The position numbers and the translations under genes are program-made. 64,000 bases of DNA from Candidatus Campbellbacteria bacterium (GTDB lineage Bacteria; Patescibacteriota; Minisyncoccia; Phycocordibacterales; EsbW-18). This document shows positions 9,853 through 19,300 of this stretch, one piece after another; the first letter of the stretch is position 1; every line of letters starts with the position of its first letter. Under the pieces are notes generated by a model. That model had not been told where the DNA came from and made no database searches. It worked only from the letters and a program-made list of their open reading frames with translations. The DNA is taken from contig BTUR01000004.1 of the NCBI GenBank assembly GCA_045863475.1, forward strand, positions 2,628-66,627. The letters are read 5' to 3'.

Positions 9853-11946
9853 ATGCCGGGAAAGAAAAAAGAAGAAAAAAAACCAGCAAGCAACGGGTAC
9901 ACAGCCCAGGACATCACCGTCTTGGAAGGACTGGAACCGGTGCGCAAGCGCCCGGGTATGTACATCGGTACGACGGGACTTGATGGTCTGCATCACCTTA
10001 TCTGGGAGGTGTTTGATAACTCGCGCGACGAAGCGATGGGCGGTTTTGCCGATGACATTGAAATCGCACTGCTCCCGAACAATCGCGTGCGCGTCACCGA
10101 CAACGGCCGCGGTATTCCGGTTGATGTACACAAACAAACGAAAGTATCAGCGCTTGAAACCATCATGACAACGCTCCACGCCGGAGGAAAATTCGGCGGG
10201 GAAGGGTACAAAGTGTCCGGTGGTCTCCACGGTGTCGGTGTCTCCGTTGTTAACGCACTTTCAAGTTTCGTGCGCACCGACGTGTGGCGCGACGGCGGTC
10301 ACTACTACCAGGAATACGAACGGGGCAAGCCGAAACACAAAGTAAAGAAAGTTGGCGACTCGAAAGAACACGGCACGGCGGTGCTTTTCGAGGCTGACCC
10401 GCAAATTTTCCCTGAAATCGCCTACCACTGGGACAAAATCGTAAACCACCTGCGCCAACAGGCGTACCTCGTGCGCGGTTTGCGCATCTCAATTATCGAT
10501 GCGCGCGGCGTCGATGACATCATTGATCTCGATGATGTTATGTACATGCGCGAACTTGCGCTCGATGTTCCGTCGATGACGTTTTACTTCGAAGGCGGGC
10601 TTGTCTCATTCATCCGGCACCAGAACGAATTTGCAAAGACACTCCACAAGACGATTTTCTACGTCGAGAAAGATCAAGATGATGTGCATGTTGAAGTTGC
10701 GCTTCAGTACGGTGACGACGTAACCGACCACATTTATGCGTTTGCAAACAACACATTCAACTCGGAAGGCGGCACGCACGTAACCGGTTTCAAGACGGCG
10801 CTGACGCGCACACTGAACACCTACGGCAAGAAAGCAGGCATTTTGAAGGAGTCAGACGGTCCGCTTTCAGGCGATGACGTTTTGGAGGGTCTCTCGGCCG
10901 TGGTGTCGGTAAAACTACGCGAAATCCAATTTGAGGGACAGACAAAAGCGAAATTGGGATCGGTTGAGGCACGTGGCGCTGTGGAAACTGTTTTCGGTGA
11001 AGCGTTTGCGGTGTTTTTGGAAGAGAAGCCGGATGAAGCAAAGGCGATCATCGGAAAATCCATTTTGGCACTGCGCGCACGCAAGGCGGCAAAGGCGGCA
11101 AAAGACAGTATCCTACGCAAAGGAGCACTCGACGGCATGACACTGCCGGGTAAACTCGCTGACTGTCAGACGAAAGACGCAAGCGAGTCGGAAATCTTTA
11201 TCGTTGAGGGTGAATCAGCCGGTGGTACCGCAAAGACGGGACGTGACCGACGTACGCAAGCGGTGTTGCCGTTGCGCGGAAAGATTCTCAACGTTGAGCG
11301 TGCGCGTCTTGATCGCATGCTTGCTTCAGAGCAAATCAAAAACCTCGTTGTGGCGATGGGAACGGCCATTGGGGACACCTTTGACCTTTCCAAACTGCGT
11401 TATCACAAAATTGTGATTGCAACCGACGCCGACGTGGACGGTGCGCACATTCGTACACTGCTTTTAACCTTCTTTTACCGTTACTTCCGTCCGGTTGTTG
11501 ACGGCGGATTCCTCTACATTGCACAGCCGCCGTTGTACAAAATAAAACGCGGAAAAGAAGTCTTGTATTTCTACACCGAAGAAGAGAAAACGACGTTTTT
11601 GAAGAAAGAGGGAATTGACGCGTCATCCGTTGAAGAAACAACGGAGAGCGAATCATCAGAAGAGATTTCTGAAGATGGTATTCCCGAAGAAGAGGATGAG
11701 ACGGAAAAGAAGAAAGAGACGAAGACAGCAAAACTTTCCATCCAGCGCTACAAGGGTCTTGGTGAAATGAACGCAGAGGAGTTGTGGGAGACGACGATGG
11801 ACCCTGCTCGTCGTATTCTCAAGCAAGTGACAGTTGAGGACGCACAGGAAGCGGATCGTATTTTTGACGTGCTCATGGGAACCGACGTGCCATCACGCAA
11901 ATCGTTCATCCAATCGAACGCGCGCATGGCGAATCTCGACATCTAG
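9853..11946 (+). CDS. gyrB: DNA gyrase subunit B
   Basis: EPVRKRPGMYIG, LHAGGKF, VEGESAGG, PLRGKILN, ATDADVDG, QRYKGLGEM. Confidence 0.96.
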   Translation: MPGKKKEEKKPASNGYTAQDITVLEGLEPVRKRPGMYIGTTGLDGLHHLIWEVFDNSRDEAMGGFADDIEIALLPNNRVRVTDNGRGIPVDVHKQTKVSALETIMTTLHAGGKFGGEGYKVSGGLHGVGVSVVNALSSFVRTDVWRDGGHYYQEYERGKPKHKVKKVGDSKEHGTAVLFEADPQIFPEIAYHWDKIVNHLRQQAYLVRGLRISIIDARGVDDIIDLDDVMYMRELALDVPSMTFYFEGGLVSFIRHQNEFAKTLHKTIFYVEKDQDDVHVEVALQYGDDVTDHIYAFANNTFNSEGGTHVTGFKTALTRTLNTYGKKAGILKESDGPLSGDDVLEGLSAVVSVKLREIQFEGQTKAKLGSVEARGAVETVFGEAFAVFLEEKPDEAKAIIGKSILALRARKAAKAAKDSILRKGALDGMTLPGKLADCQTKDASESEIFIVEGESAGGTAKTGRDRRTQAVLPLRGKILNVERARLDRMLASEQIKNLVVAMGTAIGDTFDLSKLRYHKIVIATDADVDGAHIRTLLLTFFYRYFRPVVDGGFLYIAQPPLYKIKRGKEVLYFYTEEEKTTFLKKEGIDASSVEETTESESSEEISEDGIPEEEDETEKKKETKTAKLSIQRYKGLGEMNAEELWETTMDPARRILKQVTVEDAQEADRIFDVLMGTDVPSRKSFIQSNARMANLDI

Positions 11947-12048
11947 GATAGAAAACAGGGAACGGAGAATAAAGAACAGATGCCCCTCCGAAAGGTTGGG
12001 GCAAACGCATTCGATGTACCGAGTGTTTTCACGTAGTTTGCAGAAAGA

Positions 12049-12077
12049 TTGACGCTAACCATATTTTATGCTATTTT
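12049..12077 (+). promoter_or_regulatory. Sigma70-type promoter for the guide array/tas operon
   Basis: TTGACG-N17-TATTTT with an extended TG; the predicted start lies at or near the first unit's stem (~12083). Confidence 0.6.
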
Positions 12078-12082
12078 ACGGT

Positions 12083-12464
12083 GCGGGCGATTGATAGGAT
12101 GTTTCTGACGAAAGTTGCTTTGCCCGCTCCTTTTGAGGACGATCTGAGACTTGTTCTTAAACTGAACGAAACCTCGCTTGTCCCCACGGGCGACTTCGGT
12201 CGCCCTCCCATTGCACAAATTCAATTCAAATTGGATTCTTGCAATGGGAGATCGAAAAAAAATGTGTCTTCGTTTTTGAAGACGACGCGTCTGCTGATCT
12301 CCCTCCCATCAGAGCATTTCATGTGAGTGTGGAATGTTGTGAAGGGGGGAGACGAATCGTGACGTGTTTTTAACGCACATCATGTTGTTTTCTCCCAAAA
12401 ATAATTTCGTGAGAGACGAAAGGCCGACTGTCCATAATGGACGAAAGTGCTTCTGTCTCTCACG
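12083..12464 (+). ncRNA. TIGR-like stem-loop guide array, upstream part (5 dual-spacer units)
   Basis: Units at 12083-12127, 12135-12185, 12246-12303, ~12347-12396 and 12408-12464, each stem-CGA-N9-TG-loop-CG(A/C)-N9-TG-stem. Confidence 0.85.
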
Positions 12465-12520
12465 TTGTTCTTTGACTCAGCATCAACTATGGCCCAAGAG
12501 GCCGGAAAGGAGTGTCCCGA

Positions 12521-13612
12521 ATGGGACGGACAATCGGAGTGCGACACCGCGTGAAGCGAACCGCCGAGGGCGAATCTCGTCCGACGCAAGTCGCGATCAG
12601 GGAGGGTGAGAAGATCAAGCTTCTCGACCTTCCCGACGAAGACGCCGAGCTCTCGTTCATTCTCGGCAACTACAAGGATGAAGGGCTTCGCGAGGGTGAC
12701 ACCGTCGCGATGATCCTCGGCGGCTCGGGTGACTACCTCGCGTATGCGACGGCGCGTCGTACCGAGAAGCTCAGCGGACAAGTGCTCCGCATCCCAAGCT
12801 TCGTCTTGAAGGACAGGCGAGGCAGCGCGGACAAGGACGACGACGCGATGCTTCTCGCGAAGCTCGCGGAAACTTCACCGGAGTCGTTTTATCCGGTGAC
12901 CGATCGTGACCTCACGCTCGTCATGATTCGCGAGACGTACACCGCGCGCATCGACGCCATGAAGGCGCGCATCGCGTGCGAACAGCGTCTCCGTCAGCGT
13001 CTCATCGGCAACATCTTCTGCTCGCCCGACGGCCTCGTGCCCGAGGGGAGTGTGGAGAAGGCGTTCGATGCCCGCAAGGCAAGTGACGTCATCCTTCAAG
13101 CCCTCGTGTCCGAGGAGAAGGCTCGCGAGCGCGATCTCGCGAAGGCGACCGAAAGTCTCGACGTGTTCCACAAAGTATTCTCACCCGTCGAGGGATGCGG
13201 TGTGAAGATCGCGGCGCGCATTATCGCCGCCGTGATCGACATCAGGCGCTTTCCGACGGAAGCGGGCTTCAAGAAGTTCTGCGGCGTGCACTGCCTCGAT
13301 GACGGCGCGTTTGCGCGACGTCGGAGCGGTCAGGTTGCCAACTGGCACCCCGACTGCCGCCAGGCGCTCTACCTCCTCGGCGATCAGTTCAATCGTCGGC
13401 CGGAGTCGGAGTGGGGCAAGAAGCTCCGCGAGTACAAGGCGAAGCTCCGTTCCGCACACCCTGAAGTTCTCGTGGTGGACGGCAAGAAGCGCTACACCGA
13501 TGGCCACATCCACAAGATGGCCATCTGGCGCACAGTGACGAAGTTCGCCGAGTACGTCTACATGACGTGGCGAAACCTGGAGCAGAGGAACAAGCAGAAG
13601 CTCGCTGCGTAG
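12521..13612 (+). CDS. Tas-like (IS110/Nop-domain) putative RNA-guided protein with degenerate RuvC-like N-terminus
   Basis: AAGGAG SD. C-terminal 'GCGVKIAARIIAAVIDIRRFPTEAGFKKFCGV...NW...RQALY...GHIHKMAIWRTVTKF' resembles the IS110 Transposase_20/Nop fold; N-terminal 'TIGVRH...DKDDDAMLLA'. GC-richer than neighbours. Confidence 0.8.
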   Translation: MGRTIGVRHRVKRTAEGESRPTQVAIREGEKIKLLDLPDEDAELSFILGNYKDEGLREGDTVAMILGGSGDYLAYATARRTEKLSGQVLRIPSFVLKDRRGSADKDDDAMLLAKLAETSPESFYPVTDRDLTLVMIRETYTARIDAMKARIACEQRLRQRLIGNIFCSPDGLVPEGSVEKAFDARKASDVILQALVSEEKARERDLAKATESLDVFHKVFSPVEGCGVKIAARIIAAVIDIRRFPTEAGFKKFCGVHCLDDGAFARRRSGQVANWHPDCRQALYLLGDQFNRRPESEWGKKLREYKAKLRSAHPEVLVVDGKKRYTDGHIHKMAIWRTVTKFAEYVYMTWRNLEQRNKQKLAA

Positions 13613-13627
13613 TTGATGAATTTCGTG

Positions 13628-14344
13628 TGGGGACGATTGGAACTTTGTCGTTCTTAGACGACCTAGAAAATATCCTCAAACGAATAAAAAATAGTGCGAA
13701 CGATTGGTGACTTGTCTCTCAAGACGAGGAAATCTTTGTCCGCACGAGGTGCAGCGCGCTTGCGCGCTGCACCCCTCCTTACAGAATCTTTTTTGAAGGG
13801 TTTTGTAAGGAGGGGAGAGACGACAGGCACAATTTCTTCGAAAGAAGAGTGTGGAAGTGTCTTAACCCTCTAAGACTGAAAAGGTGAAAGACGACAGACC
13901 GACTGTCCATGGTGGACGAAAGTGCTTCTGTCTTTCACCGCAGTTCTTTGGGGGACGACTCCCTCCCTGCCCACAGGCGAACATGATTTTGTCCCCACGG
14001 GCGACTTCGGTCGCCCTCCCATTGCACAAATTCAATTCAAATTGGATTCTTGCAATGGGAGATCGATTCGTTAGGGGTCTCGTTTCAGGAGACGAGAAGG
14101 CCACTGATCTCCCTCCCATCAGAGCATTTCATATGAGCGCGGAATGTTGTGATGGGGGGAGACGATTGACTCTGTGTTCTGGAAACGTGTCGCGAGATTG
14201 TCTTTACCCCACATGTTGAATCTGATGGGGGCGCGCAGGTTCCGTTGTTCGCTAGAGGAACGGTCCAGCAAATGCGCTCTCATCACAGTTCTTTGGGGAC
14301 GAGGCCATCCCTGTTGGTGGCAGACGTTCTCGCAAATGTCCCCA
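13628..14344 (+). ncRNA. TIGR-like stem-loop guide array, downstream part (9 dual-spacer units)
   Basis: Units at 13628-13678, 13694-13745, ~13810-13870, 13883-13939, 13950-13997, 14057-14113, ~14154-14210, 14223-14285 and 14294-14344. Confidence 0.85.
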
Positions 14345-14536
14345 TGGCCTGCCGCTCGTGCGCGACAGGTCATTATTTTTTCGAATAAAAACAAGTGCAC
14401 GGGGCATTGACAGAACCGTTTTGTCGATATATAATAGTCCCTGTCACATAGTGGTGGTAAAAAACGGCTTAACCAGGCCGAAACTTTTAGATGTTGAACG
14501 TACATAACAACTTATATACACATAATTAAAAACTAT

Positions 14537-15580
14537 ATGGAACTTCTTACTGCTCCGAAGAAAACGGCATACAAAGAAACAACGCTCAAGGTATTGAGTG
14601 TTATTGGCGGTATCGCGGTTATCGTGGGTATCGCATGGGTCGGTATCCGAGGGTTGAGCCTCTTTCCGAACGTAGGAACGTTCCTCGCGAACGCACTTGC
14701 GGGTTTGCAGTCGGTATTTACGCCGGCGGAGCGTATCGTGCTCGGCACCATCGACAGCCAAATTGTCGTGAACAAACCGTTCACGCTCACGTGGGAACAC
14801 CGCGGGAAGAACGACGATGGCTCGTACGCGTTCTCGTACGAATGTCACGACGATATTTTCCTTGCGCAGGTAGACAACGGAACACAGACGACTATTTTCT
14901 GTAACACGGAGTTCCCGATTCTCGCGGATGACACAGAGATTCGTCTCGTCGCCATCGGCGACGTTGCGGGTGTTGCCGAATTGCCGGTTAAGATTTCATT
15001 CAAAGAAAACGGACGGCTTGTTGCAGCGCTCTCGGGCGAAGCGACACTGCTCGTGCAGGAGTCGTACCTCGACACCGCAACGAGCACGGATACAACGACA
15101 GGAACAACCGGTGCAACCGGTACGAAACCGACGGCGGGCACACCGCAGTTTGTTACCGTTCCGATTATCACGGAGCCGTTCTCAGATCCCAACGGGGATA
15201 TTGACCTCTCGGTCCGCGTCCTGGGCTACGGTCTTGTTGACCGAAAGACGGGCGTCTTTTCAGAGCGCGACGAAATTCCGCAGGACTTGCCGTCAGGCAA
15301 ATACGCAGCAATTCGTTTTGAGGTTAAAAATATCGGAACGAAAGAAAGCGGAAAGTGGGAATTCGAAGTAGAACTCCCGACATCACCGTCATACACCTAC
15401 GATTCACCGAAACAGCAAACACTCTTCCCGGGCGACAAGATTGAGTACACCATCGGCTTTGACCGCGTTCGTAACGCGAACGAAGACGAGTACGTCATCA
15501 CTGTAGACCCGGATGATGATATTGATGAGAGCAATGAGCGCAATAACGTCGAGGAAGGAGAGGTTGAAATTGACCGATAA
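14537..15580 (+). CDS. Membrane-anchored protein with C-terminal CARDB/Ig-like domain
   Basis: N-terminal TM segment; 'FEVKNIGTK...LFPGD...VDPDDDIDESNERNN'. Confidence 0.75.
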   Translation: MELLTAPKKTAYKETTLKVLSVIGGIAVIVGIAWVGIRGLSLFPNVGTFLANALAGLQSVFTPAERIVLGTIDSQIVVNKPFTLTWEHRGKNDDGSYAFSYECHDDIFLAQVDNGTQTTIFCNTEFPILADDTEIRLVAIGDVAGVAELPVKISFKENGRLVAALSGEATLLVQESYLDTATSTDTTTGTTGATGTKPTAGTPQFVTVPIITEPFSDPNGDIDLSVRVLGYGLVDRKTGVFSERDEIPQDLPSGKYAAIRFEVKNIGTKESGKWEFEVELPTSPSYTYDSPKQQTLFPGDKIEYTIGFDRVRNANEDEYVITVDPDDDIDESNERNNVEEGEVEIDR

Positions 15581-15609
15581 GGCGGCGATTGCCCGCGTGA
15601 CGAACCATC

Positions 15610-16281
15610 ATGATGCACGTACATGCACAAAAGAACATGAGTCTCGCGGCGAGCATTTCGTCTGCTTTCCGTGCGCACCCGGTTCTCTCCGGTGTGCTTT
15701 GGGTCGGAATGTTCATTGTGCTTCTGTCACTTTCATTTGCACTCGGCATTGTGCCTGAACTTGAAACTGATGAACCGCTCACTGCGCTTGCGGAGGCAAA
15801 CGCACAGCCAGAGGGGGATGTAATGGATGTACTACCAACGCGCATCATCATTGAACGACTTGGTATCGACACACAGGTGCTCAACCCCGAGAGTCGCGAC
15901 ATCGAAACACTCGATGCTGCACTTCTCTCAGGTGTTGTGCGTTATCCGGGCTCGGGTGACTTGGAGGATGTGAGCAACATGTTTCTCTTCGGACACTCGA
16001 CCGGTTTCCGTGTCGTCCAAAACGAGGCGTTCAAGGCGTTCAACGGACTGAAGAATGCGCGTGAGGGAGATTTGATTCGCGTGCACTCACAGACGAGGGA
16101 ATATGTGTATCGTGTCACCGACGTCTCGCTGGTGGATGCCACCGAAGCGCTCGTGGAGCTTTCGAGCTCTGAGAAGAAACTGACACTGACGACGTGTAAT
16201 TCCTTCGGGGCAAAAGAGGAGCGCTATGTCGTTGAGGCCGTTTTTGTGGGGAGCTACGAGCTTCCCGGGCAAAGCGCGTAA
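15610..16281 (+). CDS. Sortase
   Basis: TM anchor, 'GVVRYPGS...N.FLFGHS', 'LTLTTC...R.VV' (His-Cys-Arg triad). The start codon is uncertain. Confidence 0.88.
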   Translation: MMHVHAQKNMSLAASISSAFRAHPVLSGVLWVGMFIVLLSLSFALGIVPELETDEPLTALAEANAQPEGDVMDVLPTRIIIERLGIDTQVLNPESRDIETLDAALLSGVVRYPGSGDLEDVSNMFLFGHSTGFRVVQNEAFKAFNGLKNAREGDLIRVHSQTREYVYRVTDVSLVDATEALVELSSSEKKLTLTTCNSFGAKEERYVVEAVFVGSYELPGQSA

Positions 16282-16329
16282 TATTGACTTATTATAATTA
16301 TTATTATATAGTTCCTGGGCTAAAAATTT

Positions 16330-19300
16330 ATGAAAACAAACTTCGCACACATGCTTTCAACGACAACCGCAAAGGCGCTCTCCATCGGCGTAACGCTTTT
16401 TATCGTTACACTGTCGGTGGTTGCACCTCAGACGATTGCATCGCTTGATGCACAAATCGCAGCTGACACGGACAGTGAAAAGTCCGAGAAGGCGGAGCCC
16501 CAGGAACAGGAACCTCAGGAGCAGGAGCCCACAACGACGGGAGGCGGTTCTTCAACGAAGCCGAACCCGAAAGACGAAAGTCCGGAGGTGTCGTGTGAGA
16601 CACCGACGACTGAGGAAGGATTCCGCGCCATCCGCGACAACATGGGTCGCTGGGATTGGGACCTTGAGAACGGCAGCGTGACAATCCGCAACAACGACGA
16701 GAACTGCTCATGGCCCGTTGGTTTGAAATCATTCAAAATCTACAGTGAACAGAATCCGCAAAACGGCCAAACTCGTTTCGACGAGGATTGGGCGACGCTT
16801 GCTCCCGGTGAGACACGTACGTTTCAGGTAGATGTTCCGTCATGCCGCTACCAGCTCGACGCGCTCATTTTCCCGGCGATGCCGTACACGTCTGCAAAAC
16901 TCATTCGCGGTGAAATTAATTTTGATCTCCCGGTATGTGAGCGTCAGCTGGAGCCCCCGGCGTGTCCGTTTACACCCGAAGATGGCACTGTTGTCGTTTT
17001 CTCTCAGGACAGCGGCACCTACCTCGCATCCACTCCCGCATCGCGTCACTCTATCGGTCCGATGCATGTAACGCTTCCTCCCGGCACGTACACCGTCAAG
17101 ACGTTTTCATGGGACGGCTATGTCGGCCGCGAAAACGTGATGCAGATCCACGAGCAGTGGAACGTCATGCTCCGCGACGGCGCGGGTACAACGACAGGAC
17201 TTGCCGGTCCGACGACCGATCTCGCGGATCAAGTTCGCCAGACATCTCGTATTGATACATTCATCAACGCATTCACGGCGACCGCGACGACAACGCGCAT
17301 TTTCGCGCTGCACGCATTCCCGAACGACACCTCAAGCGCAAACAGCGTCGTACCTGTCTGTGCGGCTTTCAAGCGCACAGCACTGCCGCCCGCTGATCCT
17401 GCAACGCTTACGGTTATAAAGACCGTTATCAACGACGACGGTGGCACGCGACAAGTATCAGACTTTAATCTCTACGTTGGCACACAGAATGTAACGAGTG
17501 GTGCTACAAACGAATTTGCTCCCGGCACGTACACCGTTCGCGAAGACAATCTTCCGGGTTACACAGCATCAAATTGGATGGGGGATTGTTCTGCAACGGG
17601 ACAGGTAACGCTCGCGGCTGGACAGCACAAAATCTGCCGCATCACCAACAACGACAACCCGCCCGTTCCTGCAACCATTACGCTCATCAAGACCGTTCTC
17701 AACGACGATGGTGGTACGGCAGAAGTTTCTGACTTCAATCTCTACATCGGCAACAATGCGGTGCAGAGTGGTGTTCCGATGCAAATCGGCCCCGGCACAT
17801 ACACTGCACGTGAAGACCAGCTCCCTGGCTACACGGCATCAGATTGGATGGGGGACTGTTCGGCAAACGGTTCAGTAACGGTTGCAGCCGGAGAGCACAA
17901 GATTTGCCGCATCACCAACAATGATATTCCGACTGAGCCGCAGCACGCGACACTCACCGTTATCAAGACTGTTCTCAACGATGACGGTGGTACGGCAGAA
18001 GTTTCTGATTTTAATCTGTACGTCGGCACGATGCAGGTTACTTCCGGTGCCACGAACGCGTTTAACCCGGGTACGTATACCGTTCGCGAAGACCAGCTTC
18101 CCGGCTACACGGCGTCAGACTGGATGGGCGACTGTTCAGCTGACGGAGAAGTGACGCTTGTTCTCGGAGAACACAAGATTTGTCGCATCACCAACAATGA
18201 CAATCCGTTTAACCCGGATGACGCAACACTCACGGTCATCAAGACCGTTATCAATGACGACGGTGGCACGGCGCAGGTGGAGGATTTTCACCTCTACGTC
18301 GACGAACTTCAGGTTATAAGCGGTGAAGAAAACCGTTTCGCTCCCGGTACCTATACTGTGCACGAAGCGAACCTCCCGGGGTACGTCGCATCCGCTTGGA
18401 TGGGTGACTGTTCGGCAGACGGACAAGTTACGCTTGCATCAGGACAAAATAAAATCTGCCGCATCACCAACAACGACACACCCATCACTAACGGTGAGAC
18501 AACGATTACGCTTATTAAGACGGTCATCAACGACGATGGCGGCACTGCACAGGTATCTGACTTCAATCTCTACGTCGGGAACACGCAGGTGACGAGCGGT
18601 AACGCACTGTCAGTTACACCTGGCACGTACGCGGTTCGCGAGGATAACCTTTCAGGCTACACCGCATCAGGTTGGACGGGCGACTGTTCATCTGACGGTT
18701 CGGTAACACTTGCATCAGGCGATCACAAAATCTGCCGCATCACCAACAACGACAACGCCGGTGGAGGCGGAGGCGGTGGCGGAGGCGGTGGTGGCGGCGG
18801 TAGCCGACGCCCGCGCGTGACACTCTTCTCCAACCCGGAGATCTTGGGTGCATCCATCTCGCTCTCTCAAGTTCCGTACACCGGTCTTGGCACGAGCATC
18901 CTGCAGATTATCCTCTTCCTTATCGGTCTCGTTGCAATCGCAGGCGGGGTTACCTACATGCTCCTTCGCCGCCGATTCCCGGCAGCGGGAATTGAAATCC
19001 CGATGGAGCACGCGCCGATTCTTAAAGCACAAACACACACAACACCGGCACCGCGTGTTGCATACGACGACCTTGACGTTGCCGTTGCAGACGAAGGACA
19101 AGACGAGCTTGCGGTGTACGGTGAATATGAACACGCATTTGTTGTGGAAGAGACTCCTCGAACATCTATGCAGGTTCCGACGAATCTCCCGGTTGCGCCG
19201 GTAGCGGTTGCCAGTGTGGTACGTCAGTCGCCGGCAGCTCGCATGGTGCAAGAACACCGTGAAGAGAAACGACAGGTAGCGGTATCACTTGGTAAACTCC

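Noticed and set aside
12001-12042. Possible 15th guide unit (gcaaac...gtttgc)
   Set aside because: The box motifs and spacing do not fit, and it lies upstream of the predicted promoter.
12521-13612. Ordinary active IS110 transposon with a bridge RNA
   Set aside because: The catalytic DEDD and Ser positions look substituted, there are 14 loops rather than two, and I found no element ends. Not fully excluded without a structural alignment.
12081-14410. Short ORFs overlapping the arrays (12081-12326, 13884-14219, 14174-14410 and others)
   Set aside because: They have no protein features, and their apparent similarity comes from the duplicated RNA scaffold.
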